From positions 544,001 to 608,000 of the forward strand of contig CAVPLM010000003.1 of NCBI GenBank assembly GCA_963706025.1: 64,000 bases of DNA. The letters are read 5' to 3'. Both the position numbers and the translations under genes were made by a program. The stretch is from an uncultured Actinomycetes bacterium. GTDB taxonomy: Bacteria > Actinomycetota > Thermoleophilia > RBG-16-64-13. The notes below the pieces were generated by a model. The model was not told the origin of the DNA, did no database searches, and saw only the letters and a program-made list of their open reading frames with translations. This document shows, in pieces, positions 1 to 9,474 of this stretch (the first letter of the stretch is position 1; the number at the start of each line of letters is the position of its first letter).

Positions 1-1
1 G

Positions 2-1468
2 GTCGGACTCTGCTCCTACTACCTGATCGGGTACTACTATCACAAGCCCGAGGCGGCCGCGGCAGGCAAGAAGGCCTTCATCGTGAACCGGGTGGGCGAC
101 TTCGGCTTCGGCCTGGGCGTGATGCTGATCTTCGTCACCTTCGGTACGCTCGACTACGTGGGCGTGTTCGAGCAGGTCGTGGCCGGTTCGGCGGGGCAGG
201 GGGTGCTGATCGGCATCGCCCTGCTGCTGTTCATGGGAGCCATGGGCAAGTCGGCCCAGTTCCCGCTGCACGTATGGCTGCCCGACGCCATGGAAGGTCC
301 CACTCCGGTGTCGGCCCTCATCCACGCCGCCACCATGGTGACCGCCGGGGTCTATCTGGTGGCCCGGAGCTCGGTCATCTTCGCCAGCGCGCCTTCGGCT
401 CTGCTGGTGGTGGGGGCCATCGGGACCTTCACGGCCATCTTCGCCGCCGTCATCGGCATCTGCCAGAAGGACATCAAGAAGGTGCTCGCGTATTCCACCG
501 TCTCCCAACTGGGGTACATGTTCATGGCTCTGGGGGTGGGCGCCTGGGCCATAGCCATCTTCCATCTGGTGACCCACGCCTTCTTCAAGGCCCTCTTGTT
601 CCTCGGCGCCGGCTCGGTGATCCATTCAGTGGGCGGCGAGCAGGACATGGACAAGATGGGTGGGTTGGCCAAGCGTATCCCTGTCACCTACTACACCCTC
701 GTGGCCGGGGCTCTGGCCCTCTCCGGCATCTTCCCGTTCGCGGGCTTCTGGTCCAAGGACGACATACTGGGGGCGGTCTGGCGGGACGGGAAGTACGTGT
801 TCTGGGCCGTGGGCCTGATCGCGGCCTTCATCACCGCCTTCTATACGTTCCGCATGATCTTCATGACCTTCTTTGGCAAGCCGCGCATGGACGAAGAGAC
901 CGAGAAGCACGTGCACGAGAGTCCCTGGTCGATGATCGTGCCCCTGGTGGTCCTGGCGGTGGCCTCGCTGTTGGGCGGCTTCCTGGGTCTGCCGGGCGAG
1001 TTGGGCGCCATCCAGAGGTTCTTGGAGCCCGTGTTCGCTCCGGCGAACGCCATTCTGGGGATCGAGGAGCAGAGCCTCACCGCCATCGACTACGCGCTGA
1101 TGGTGGCATCGCTGATCGTGGCCATGATGGGCATCGCCTTTGCCTGGCTCCTGTATGTCCGCCGGCCCGCCGATCTGCCCCAGTTCTTCGGGGCTCTCTT
1201 CCGGCCTGCCTACAAAGTGGTCTACAACAAGTTCTACATCGACGAGTTCTACGCGGCCACGGTCGTGCGCCTGGCCGTCGACGGCTCTCGCTGGGTGTGG
1301 CACAAGTTCGACGAGCATGTGATCGATGGGGCGGCGCACGGAGTGGCCTGGCTGTGGCAGCGGGCGGGTAGCGGGCTGCGTCCGCTCCAGACCGGGCGGG
1401 TGCAGAACTACCTCCTGGGTATGTTCATCGGGGTGTTCGTCATCGTGACTCTGGTCATCTTCCTCTAG
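2..1468 (+). CDS. nuoL: NADH-quinone oxidoreductase subunit L (5' end beyond window edge)
   Basis: NRVGD, GKSAQFPLHVWLPDAMEGPTPVSALIHAATMVTAG, AYSTVSQLGYM and HLVTHAFFKALLFL motifs; the frame is open back to the window edge. Confidence 0.96.
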   Translation, partial: VGLCSYYLIGYYYHKPEAAAAGKKAFIVNRVGDFGFGLGVMLIFVTFGTLDYVGVFEQVVAGSAGQGVLIGIALLLFMGAMGKSAQFPLHVWLPDAMEGPTPVSALIHAATMVTAGVYLVARSSVIFASAPSALLVVGAIGTFTAIFAAVIGICQKDIKKVLAYSTVSQLGYMFMALGVGAWAIAIFHLVTHAFFKALLFLGAGSVIHSVGGEQDMDKMGGLAKRIPVTYYTLVAGALALSGIFPFAGFWSKDDILGAVWRDGKYVFWAVGLIAAFITAFYTFRMIFMTFFGKPRMDEETEKHVHESPWSMIVPLVVLAVASLLGGFLGLPGELGAIQRFLEPVFAPANAILGIEEQSLTAIDYALMVASLIVAMMGIAFAWLLYVRRPADLPQFFGALFRPAYKVVYNKFYIDEFYAATVVRLAVDGSRWVWHKFDEHVIDGAAHGVAWLWQRAGSGLRPLQTGRVQNYLLGMFIGVFVIVTLVIFL

Positions 1469-1508
1469 GGTGCCGGTCTAGGGTGCCGGTGCGGAACAGG
1501 GTGAGATA

Positions 1509-3071
1509 GTGGAATTCGATTTCGCGACACAGTTGGGTTTCAGGGGACTCACCATCCTGACCTTCCTGCCCACCGCGGGGGCTGTTGTCATGCTGGTCTT
1601 CATGCGCAGGCGTCCCAGCGCCTACAAGGCGACGGCTCTAGTCACCACCATCCTCACTCTGATCCTGGCCATCTACCTGGCCACCCAGTTCCAGAGCGAC
1701 ACCGCCGCGTACCAGTTCCAGGAGAACGAGTCGTGGATCGCCAGCCTGGGCATCTCGTATCACCTGGGCGTCGACGGCATCTCCCTCCTTCTGATACTGC
1801 TCACGACGCTACTCTCGGTGGTCGCGATCGCGGGCTCCTGGAACTCCATCAAGGACCGAGGACTGGCCTTCTTCATCAGCCTGCTCGTACTCGAGACCGG
1901 CATGCTGGGTGTGTTCGTCTCGATGGATCTGTTCCTGTTCTACGTGTTCTGGGAGATCCAGCTCATCCCCATGTATTTCATCATCGGCCTCTGGGGAGGT
2001 GCCCGGCGGGTCTACGCCGCCATCAAGTTCTTCCTCTTCACCTTCGTCGGCTCGGTGCTCATGCTGGTCGCCATCCTGGCCGTGGTGTGGTGGTACGCGA
2101 GTAACGGCGGGCCGCTCACCTTCGACATCCTGACCCTGCAGCAGGTCGGTTTCCCCGGCGCCACCGCGGCCTGGGCCTTTGCGGCCTTTTTCATCGCCTT
2201 CGCCATCAAAGTGCCCATGTTCCCGGTGCACACCTGGCTACCCGACGCGCATACCGAGGCGCCCACCGCCGGTTCGGTGATCCTGGCCGGGGTGCTCCTC
2301 AAGATGGGGGTCTACGGCATGATCCGCTTCTGCATCGGGTTCTTCCCGGAGATGGCGGTGAAGGCGATCACACCCGTCTTGATCCTATCGGTTGTAGCTG
2401 TGGTGTATGGAGCGGCGATGTCGCTGGTCCAGCCCGACATGAAGCGGCTGGTGGCGTATTCGTCGGTCAGCCACATGGGGTTCGTCACCGCCGGACTGTT
2501 CGTCTTCAACCAGCAAGGGATCGAGGGCTCGATCCTCCAGATGGTCAGCCACGGGATCCTCACGGGCGCCCTGTTCATGATGGTGGGCTTCTTCTACGAT
2601 CGCACTCACACCCGTATGATCGCCGACTACGGGGGGATGGCCAAACCCATGCCGGTGGCTGCCGCGTTCTTCAGCCTGTTCGTGCTGGGTAGTCTGGGCC
2701 TGCCCGGTCTGAGCGGGTTCGTGGGCGAGTTCCTGATCTTGGTGGGCGTGTTCCAGTACGCGCAGGTCTTCGCCGTACTTGCGTCCATCGGGATCGTGCT
2801 GGGTGCAGCGTACCTCCTGTGGATGTACCAGCGGACCATGTTCCAGCCGGCCAACGAGAAATGGCTCTCGCTCAAGGACCTGAGCGCTCGGGAGATCATC
2901 ACTCTCGTGCCGTTGGTGGGCATGGCCGTGTGGATCGGGATCTACCCGCACACGTTCCTCAACCTGCTGCACGCGCCCGCGCAGAACATCATGATGCAGG
3001 TCCAGCCGTACCTGGCGGAGCACAGCAACAGCCTGCTTCGCCTGGCGAGCAGCTTGTTCGGGGGCTTCTAG
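1509..3071 (+). CDS. nuoM: NADH-quinone oxidoreductase subunit M
   Basis: FYVFWE, AFAIKVPMFPVHTWLPDAHTEAPTAGSVILAGVLLKMG and AYSSVSHMG motifs; lies between nuoL and nuoN. Confidence 0.96.
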   Translation: MEFDFATQLGFRGLTILTFLPTAGAVVMLVFMRRRPSAYKATALVTTILTLILAIYLATQFQSDTAAYQFQENESWIASLGISYHLGVDGISLLLILLTTLLSVVAIAGSWNSIKDRGLAFFISLLVLETGMLGVFVSMDLFLFYVFWEIQLIPMYFIIGLWGGARRVYAAIKFFLFTFVGSVLMLVAILAVVWWYASNGGPLTFDILTLQQVGFPGATAAWAFAAFFIAFAIKVPMFPVHTWLPDAHTEAPTAGSVILAGVLLKMGVYGMIRFCIGFFPEMAVKAITPVLILSVVAVVYGAAMSLVQPDMKRLVAYSSVSHMGFVTAGLFVFNQQGIEGSILQMVSHGILTGALFMMVGFFYDRTHTRMIADYGGMAKPMPVAAAFFSLFVLGSLGLPGLSGFVGEFLILVGVFQYAQVFAVLASIGIVLGAAYLLWMYQRTMFQPANEKWLSLKDLSAREIITLVPLVGMAVWIGIYPHTFLNLLHAPAQNIMMQVQPYLAEHSNSLLRLASSLFGGF

Positions 3072-3072
3072 G

Positions 3073-4548
3073 ATGCAGGCGTCCGACCTCATCACCGTGC
3101 TCCCCGAGCTGATCCTGCTGGTGGCGGCCTGCGCCGTAGTGCTCGTGGAGCCCTTCCTCAAAGCCGACAAGACCGCCGTCCTGGCCATCGCTCTGACGGC
3201 GCTTGTCGGGTCGGGAGCCCTGTCGTTGGGTCTGGTGGGTGAGGACCGAACGGCGTTCGCGGGCATGCTGGTGCTGGACGACTGGGCCGTCTTCTTCAAG
3301 GTGCTGTTCGCGGTGGCCGCGGCCCTTACCATCCTCATGTCTTCGCGCTACCTTGAGGCGCACGGCCGCCATCTGGGCGAGTACTACGCCCTGATCTTGT
3401 TCGCGGTCATCGGGATGGACCTCATGGCGGCGTCGCGCGACTTCATCGCTTTCTACGTGGCCCTCGAGTTGATGGCCATCAGCAGCTACATCTTGGCCGC
3501 CTTCTTCCGCTACCGGGTACGCTCGAACGAGTCGTCGCTCAAGTACTTCCTCACCGGCTCGTTCGCCTCGGCCATCATGCTCTACGGTATCTCGTTGGTG
3601 TATGGGTACGCCGGGGCCACCAACTTCCAGACCGTCGGCCAGGCTCTGGCTGGGAGCGTTGGATCGGGCGACGAAGGGGTCTCGGCGGGCGTGATGCTGG
3701 CCGTGTTCCTGGTGGCGGTCGGTCTGGCCTTCAAGGTCTCGGCGGCCCCGTTCCACATGTGGACGCCCGACGTCTACCAGGGCGCTCCCACTCCGGTGGC
3801 GGCCTTCTTCTCGGTCGGTCCCAAAGCTGCCGCTTTCTCCGTGATCATAGTGGCCTTCATAGTGGCCTTCCCGGCCCAGGCGAGGGAATGGGGTGTGTTC
3901 TTCATCGTCCTTTCCATTCTGACCATGGTGGTCGGGAACGTCTTCGCCCTGGTCCAGACCAACGTGAAGCGGATGCTGGCCTATTCCTCGATAGCCCACG
4001 CCGGCTATCTCCTGGCCGGCATCGGGGCGATGGGCTGGAGCGGCAATTCCTATCCGGGCCAAGGGGTGCTCATCTATCTGGTTGCGTACACCTTCATGAA
4101 CCTGGGCGCGTTCGGGGTGCTGGCTTACCTCAAGACCCAAGCGCCGGATAAGTTCGACTACTCGCTCAAGAGCCTGGCCGGACTGGGCCGCCGTTCCCCC
4201 TGGGCCGCCGTGCTGCTGTCGTTGTTCCTGCTCTCGCTCGCCGGGATCCCGGGAACGGCAGGTTTCATCGGCAAGTTCTACGTGTTCGGGGCGATCGTCC
4301 AGGCCGATCTGGTGTGGCTGGCGGTGATCGCGGTGCTGATGAGCGCGGTCGCCGTCTACTACTACCTCCGCGTGATCATGTACATGCTCTTCCGGGAGCC
4401 GGAAGAGGAATTCGCAGTCAAGGAGCCCATCTCGGGTGGCATGGCCGCCGCCCTGGCCTTGAGCGCCATAGCCACCGTGGTCATCGGAGTGGTGCCATCG
4501 TGGCTCTGGGACGCGGTGGTGAGCGCCTTCACCACGCTCTTCAACTGA
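3073..4548 (+). CDS. nuoN: NADH-quinone oxidoreductase subunit N
   Basis: ESSLKYF, FKVSAAPFHMWTPDVYQGAPTPV, KRMLAYSSIAHAGY and YYYLR motifs. Confidence 0.96.
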   Translation: MQASDLITVLPELILLVAACAVVLVEPFLKADKTAVLAIALTALVGSGALSLGLVGEDRTAFAGMLVLDDWAVFFKVLFAVAAALTILMSSRYLEAHGRHLGEYYALILFAVIGMDLMAASRDFIAFYVALELMAISSYILAAFFRYRVRSNESSLKYFLTGSFASAIMLYGISLVYGYAGATNFQTVGQALAGSVGSGDEGVSAGVMLAVFLVAVGLAFKVSAAPFHMWTPDVYQGAPTPVAAFFSVGPKAAAFSVIIVAFIVAFPAQAREWGVFFIVLSILTMVVGNVFALVQTNVKRMLAYSSIAHAGYLLAGIGAMGWSGNSYPGQGVLIYLVAYTFMNLGAFGVLAYLKTQAPDKFDYSLKSLAGLGRRSPWAAVLLSLFLLSLAGIPGTAGFIGKFYVFGAIVQADLVWLAVIAVLMSAVAVYYYLRVIMYMLFREPEEEFAVKEPISGGMAAALALSAIATVVIGVVPSWLWDAVVSAFTTLFN

Positions 4549-4570
4549 GCCTGGGGCGAGGAGCAAGTCC

Positions 4571-6074
4571 GTGCTGCTCGAGGGGGACTGGGTCTTTCCC
4601 ATCAGTGGACCGCCCGTCGCGGGTGGCGCCGTGCTGGTCGCCGATGGGGTGATCGAGGCGGTGGGGCCCGCCGCGGAGCTGCGGGCCCGGCATCCGGACG
4701 AGCCAGTGCGGGCCTTCCCCGGCTTTGTCCTCATGCCCGGTTTGGTGAACGCCCACACCCACCTCGAGTATTCGGCCTTCCGTGGCTTCGCGCCGCCCAG
4801 CGGGTTCGGGGAGTGGATACTGCGGCTGCTGCTCGCCCGGCGGAAGCTGGACCGCGACGACTACGCCGTCTCGGCCCTGTGGGGGGCCCATGAGTGCGTC
4901 CGGGGCGGTGTCACTTCCATCGGCGACACCTCGTTCGAGGGGTGGACCGTGGCGCGCGCAGCCGGCTCCGCCGGGCTGCGCGCCCGCGTCTACCTAGAGG
5001 TCTTCGGTCTCGACGACGCCGAGCTACCCCGGACCATGGCGGCTCTGGAGACCCGGCTCGCGGCGCTGCGGGACGAATGCGGCCGGACGGCCGCCGCGCT
5101 AGAGCCCGGGATCTCACCCCACGCCCCTTACACCGTCTCGGCCCGGCTGTATCGGGAAGTGGCGCGCTTGGCCGAACGGTCGAGCCTGCGGGTCGCCACT
5201 CATGTGGCCGAGTCGCAGGCGGAGGTGGAGCTGCTGACCAAGGGAAACGGGGCGATCGCTCACGCCTACCGGGCTGCGCACATGTGGAGAGGGCAGCGGT
5301 GGAGGCCACCGAATCTGAGCCCGGTGAAGTACCTGGCCGGGACTCGGATCTTGGGACCGCGGGCTCTGGCCATCCACTGCGTCCAGGTCGACGACGCCGA
5401 TATCGCGCTTCTGGCCGAGAGCGGAGCCGCGGTGGCGCACTGCCCGCGCTCGAACCTGCGGCTCCAGTGCGGGACCGCACCGGTGGCGGCCCTGATCGGG
5501 GCCGGGGTCACCGTAGGCCTTGGCACCGACAGCCTCAGCTCCAACGACAGTCTGGACATGTTCGCCGAGATGCGGGCTGCGCTGGCAGTCAGCCGGGCGC
5601 GCGCGCTCCGCGGCGCGCCCCTACCCCCCGGCGCGGGCGCCCCCGCCCTCACGCCGGAAACCGTCCTCCGCATGGCCACCCTCGATGGCGCCCGCGCCCT
5701 GGGCTGGGACAGCATGGTAGGGAGCTTGGAGAAGGGCAAGCGCGCGGATCTGATCGCCGTCCGTCTGCCGGGACTATCGTCTGGGGCTGTGGCCGGCCGT
5801 GCCGATCAGCCCTCAAGCAACGACGATCAACCCGCCGAAGCCGGTCCGCCCGGCCCGGTCGAGAGCCTGGTCGCGCATGCCACGGCGAGCGACGTCGGCA
5901 TGGTGATGGTAGATGGGCGAGTCATCTCCGACAGCCTGTCGCCGGCGGCCCCAGAGTGGTCGGCGGCCGACATGCCGCCAGCCGGACCGGGCGGCGTTGC
6001 CCGAGGACGACATGACCGCGATCCGCGAGGCCTTCTCGGCGGTGCGGGCCAAGCTGGGCCTCAAGGACTCATAG
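4571..6074 (+). CDS. Metal-dependent amidohydrolase (MTA/SAH deaminase-like; possibly aminodeoxyfutalosine deaminase); probable frameshift near 5990
   Basis: PGLVNAHTHLE, SPHAPY, THVAES, IHC and GTDSLSSN metal/catalytic motifs. An alternative frame gives a natural end (LPEDDMTAIREAFSAVRAKLGLKDS, stop at 6074) and avoids overlap with the MFS gene. Confidence 0.8.
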
Positions 6075-6101
6075 AGCCGGTCGAGAAGGCGAGTGGAGCA
6101 G

Positions 6102-7610
6102 TCAGGCCGCCAGATCCGAGGCGGGGACAGCCTCGACCCTGCCGAGGACTGCAGAACCTGGGACGTGTACTCTGCTCGGCACCGGCGCCAAGTGGGTAGC
6201 CGCGGCCAACTGGGGAGCGGCCGACGTCTTGGCGTCCGCAGTCTGCGACTCGTCGGCCAACCGCCATACCGAAGGACTAAAGGCAGCAAACACCACCACG
6301 CCGACTATCATCGCGCCGGCGCCGATCATGACAAAGGGCGCACTCCACTGTATGAGGGCGCCGGCGATCGTGCTAGATACCGGAGCCAGGCCGACAACTG
6401 CGAACATGAGGACGCTCATCATCCGGCCGAGCATGTGGCGAGCGGTACGTAGCTGGAGCCAAGTGATGAACTGGATCACCACGTAGCCCTGGCCGAGTCC
6501 CATGACAAAAGCGACGATAGCCGCGGGCACCATCGAGGAGAGCACGCCGAGCAGGGCCAAACCGATTCCCATCGTCCCAGTGAGCAAGAGCATGAGCATC
6601 GGGAACCTACGAGCCGACGGCCGGCGGCGAGCCCCGGCTATGATGACGCCGAGAAGGGAGCCTCCACCGAAGGCCGAGAGGATGATGCCGAACGCGGCAG
6701 CACCGCCCGTGAACCGGGTATCGGCCAAGACTGGAATACCGACCGAGATCGGGCCGGTCATCAGAAGGTTGACTGCGGCGATGAGCACGAAGTACTGGCG
6801 GAGCGTCTTGTCCTGCCAGACGGTCGCGAGACCGTCGCTGATCGACGAGAGCACCCCGCTCTCGCGGACGATCTTCTTCTCGCTTTGAGGGGCGGCCGGC
6901 AGCCTGATCATGGCCAAGGTTATGGCGGAAACAAGGAAACTCGCTGCGTCAAGTGCGAAGGCAACGCCGATACCCCTCATGTCCGGGACGGCCGGGTTCG
7001 CCGCTCCACCGCCGTCCAGGAGGGCGATAAGAGTGCCGGCCAGGACTGGTCCGAGGAAGACTGACAGTTGGGCGGTGCCCTGAATGATGGCGTTGCCGGT
7101 CTGCAGACGCTCGGTCCCCAGGAGCCGGGGGATCATGGCGGATTGAGCCGGGAAGAAGAAGGCGTCCGCAAGCCCGAACAACAGGGCGAAAGCGTAGAGC
7201 ATCCACAACTGAGTAACCCCTGTAATCGTAAGAAGCGCCAGCGCACCGACCACGACCAGACGGCTCGTGTTGGAACACAGCATCATCGTGCGGGGAGAGA
7301 ACCGGTCGGTAAGGGCTCCGCCCAACAGCATGAAGAGTGCGCGCGGGATGGCGACCAGGGCCAGAACTGTCCCAAGGGCAAAAGCGCTGCCGGTCAGCTT
7401 GAGAACGAGCCACGGCAGCGAGATCAGGTAGAACTGATCGCCCAGCAGGGAAATGCCCTCACCGTACCAGAGCAGACGGAAGTCGCGATTGCGCAAGCTC
7501 TCGGAGAGGCCCGAAGGTATCTTGGAGGCTCGCTGTCCATCGGCCTCGCGCCGCCCCAGCCTCTGGGCCGGACTGCTCCCTATCGCTACGCTTCTCATAG
7601 TGGACTCCAT
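6102..7610 (-). CDS. MFS transporter (DHA3/EntS-like efflux family)
   Basis: SLRNRDFRLLW and GGALTDRFSPR (motif A); about 12 hydrophobic segments; likely start ATG at 7610. Confidence 0.88.
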   Translation of the reverse strand: MESTMRSVAIGSSPAQRLGRREADGQRASKIPSGLSESLRNRDFRLLWYGEGISLLGDQFYLISLPWLVLKLTGSAFALGTVLALVAIPRALFMLLGGALTDRFSPRTMMLCSNTSRLVVVGALALLTITGVTQLWMLYAFALLFGLADAFFFPAQSAMIPRLLGTERLQTGNAIIQGTAQLSVFLGPVLAGTLIALLDGGGAANPAVPDMRGIGVAFALDAASFLVSAITLAMIRLPAAPQSEKKIVRESGVLSSISDGLATVWQDKTLRQYFVLIAAVNLLMTGPISVGIPVLADTRFTGGAAAFGIILSAFGGGSLLGVIIAGARRRPSARRFPMLMLLLTGTMGIGLALLGVLSSMVPAAIVAFVMGLGQGYVVIQFITWLQLRTARHMLGRMMSVLMFAVVGLAPVSSTIAGALIQWSAPFVMIGAGAMIVGVVVFAAFSPSVWRLADESQTADAKTSAAPQLAAATHLAPVPSRVHVPGSAVLGRVEAVPASDLAA

Positions 7611-7623
7611 GGGTCTGCTTGGC

Positions 7624-7679
7624 ACTCTGCCCTCATTGTGACGTGCCGTCAACCCCCTGAGATCAGCCAGAAGGGGGTT
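7624..7679 (-). promoter_or_regulatory. Putative MFS promoter with an upstream inverted repeat
   Basis: Minus strand TTGACG-17 nt-CAGAGT; inverted repeat AACCCCCT (7651-7658) / AGGGGGTT (7672-7679) abuts the -35. Confidence 0.45.
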
Positions 7680-7806
7680 TCTTAGACTGGCCAGGCGACC
7701 AGGATCTGAACACCTCAACTGGCGAGGCGAAGACACGGCTGCGAGGGCTACCCTCAAGGGAGAAACGGAGGGTGACCGGCAGAACCGCCGCGCAAGGGGC
7801 AAACGC

Positions 7807-7883
7807 AACTGGAGCGCGGGGAGATCGACCTGCTGCTTCTCGACTGGGAACTCCCGGGCCTCGATGCGCCTATATGCTCGTGA
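7807..7883 (+). pseudogene. Response-regulator receiver-domain remnant
   Basis: Plus frame reads QLERGEIDLLLLDWELPGLDA, the beta3/phospho-Asp signature (DLLLLDxxLPGxDG), with no surrounding gene. Confidence 0.5.
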
Positions 7884-7963
7884 GATCGGGACCCGGTCCC
7901 CCCGCCGCACCGCAGCCCTAGAAGGGCGCCCCCCGCCCCCTCCGGAAGTGGACCCGCCGCTGT

Positions 7964-9370
7964 CTACTTCAAGAGTCTCGCGAAGTCTGTCACCGGCATG
8001 AATGCCAGCACCTGGCGGCGCCTCATCTCGAACAGAGCGGCCGGATCCCCTTCCTTGCCTCGGTTCGTAGCCACGGCCGTCGCGTAGCCGGCACTCCTGG
8101 CTGCCTCGATGACCCTTCTGTCGTAGGCACCATACGGGTACGCGAGCGCGTAGGGCAACAAGCCGGTGGCCAGGCTGATGGCGTCGCGCGAATCCACCAG
8201 CTCAGAGGTCAGGCGCGAGTCCGATACCGTTCTCAGATCGGGATGGGAGACCGTGTGCGATTGTATGGACATCCCTTGGGCGGCCATCTCGGCAAGCATG
8301 TCCCAGTCCATCTGACCCTCGTTGCCTACCGTCCCGGTTATCACGAAGAACGTAGCGGTCAACCCATACTGTTTCAAGATGGGGAAGGCAACTTCATAGT
8401 TGTCCACTCCCCCGTCGTCGAACGTAAGGATCACGGGCTTGTCCGGCAGCCCTCCTCCCCCGATCATGGCCGTGTACAAGTCCGCGAGACTGACCGTCTG
8501 GTAGCCGTTGTTCACCAGATACTCCATCTCGGCTACGAAGTCCCAGGTCCGGACCGTGAGCTGATCGGCATAGGGACCCGCGGGTGGAGGGGTTTCGTCA
8601 ACGTAGTGATACATGAGGATAGGCACGCGGATCCCGGAGGGATCTCCGGAGAGGCTCATGACCCGGAGCACCAGCGCTGCCGCCTGGGCCCGTGTCAGAT
8701 CGCTCGTCGGGGCCAGGTAGATGCCACCCTGACCCGAGCTGCCCTGCACGACGTGGTGGAACACAAGATACGCGGTGCCAGGGGCATGGTCGGGCGCGAG
8801 CGAGTCGGCGTCCGCGAAGGCGTAGAGTATGTCTGCTCCCTCGGCTGCGAACCAGTCGCCCAGCGACAGGTAGATGCCCCGGTCACCCTGGATGTAGCCG
8901 CTTCGAGAAAGCTCTGTCCTCGAGAGGTAGAGGCCCAGAATAGAGTTCGCCTGCTGGCGGCTTATCGATCTCCCGGGCCCGAATGTACCGTCGCCGTAAC
9001 CATTGGTGATCCCGGCCTCCATGCTCCCCTCGACCCAGGGAAAGTAGTACGAGGAAGGGGGGACGTCGGTGAAAGTGGCGTACGGAGGTCTGCTCGTGCT
9101 GAGCCCAAGACCGGTCATGACCATCTTGACGAACTGGCCGCGATTGACGGAAAGACCCGGTCTGAAGGTACCGTCGCTGTACCCTGACGCGACGGTGGCC
9201 ACGGCGCTCTCGGTCACACCGTACTGGGCGAGCCACCTACTGTTGGGGATGTCGGTCCAGGGTACGGCCAGCGCGGCGTGGCTGGACACGAACCACGAAG
9301 CGCCGAGCACGACCGCGACGGCCAGCACGGCGGCGACACTTCGGGCAGCTATGCGCAGGCGATTTCTCAC
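7964..9370 (-). CDS. Secreted S-layer-homology (SLH) domain protein with C-terminal CE4 polysaccharide deacetylase
   Basis: Signal peptide; SLH repeats (GYSDGTFRPG..NRGQF, GYGDGTFGPG..SRQQA, LTRAQAA); CE4 motifs PILMYH, TFDDG, SHTVSH and AYPYG. Confidence 0.88.
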   Translation of the reverse strand: MRNRLRIAARSVAAVLAVAVVLGASWFVSSHAALAVPWTDIPNSRWLAQYGVTESAVATVASGYSDGTFRPGLSVNRGQFVKMVMTGLGLSTSRPPYATFTDVPPSSYYFPWVEGSMEAGITNGYGDGTFGPGRSISRQQANSILGLYLSRTELSRSGYIQGDRGIYLSLGDWFAAEGADILYAFADADSLAPDHAPGTAYLVFHHVVQGSSGQGGIYLAPTSDLTRAQAAALVLRVMSLSGDPSGIRVPILMYHYVDETPPPAGPYADQLTVRTWDFVAEMEYLVNNGYQTVSLADLYTAMIGGGGLPDKPVILTFDDGGVDNYEVAFPILKQYGLTATFFVITGTVGNEGQMDWDMLAEMAAQGMSIQSHTVSHPDLRTVSDSRLTSELVDSRDAISLATGLLPYALAYPYGAYDRRVIEAARSAGYATAVATNRGKEGDPAALFEMRRRQVLAFMPVTDFARLLK

Positions 9371-9474
9371 CGGCAGTCACCCTCTGGCGATGGTTGCCCT
9401 CTCGACGTGACTGTTCATCTAATCATACGTCGGACGGGGCTGCACGGGTGACGCTCCCTAGAGACAGCCTCTGC

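Noticed and set aside
1465-1490. Direct repeat CTAGGGTGCCGGT twice after nuoL
   Set aside because: Only two 13-bp copies with no spacer; simple slippage duplication.
2989-4758. Long antisense and alternate-frame ORFs (also 20-21 kb, 50.6-52.6 kb, 56-62 kb)
   Set aside because: Shadow ORFs expected in high-GC DNA opposite well-supported genes.
7611-7910. N-terminal extension of the MFS ORF, or a riboswitch upstream of it
   Set aside because: A promoter-like element sits just upstream of ATG 7610, and no known riboswitch consensus was recognised.
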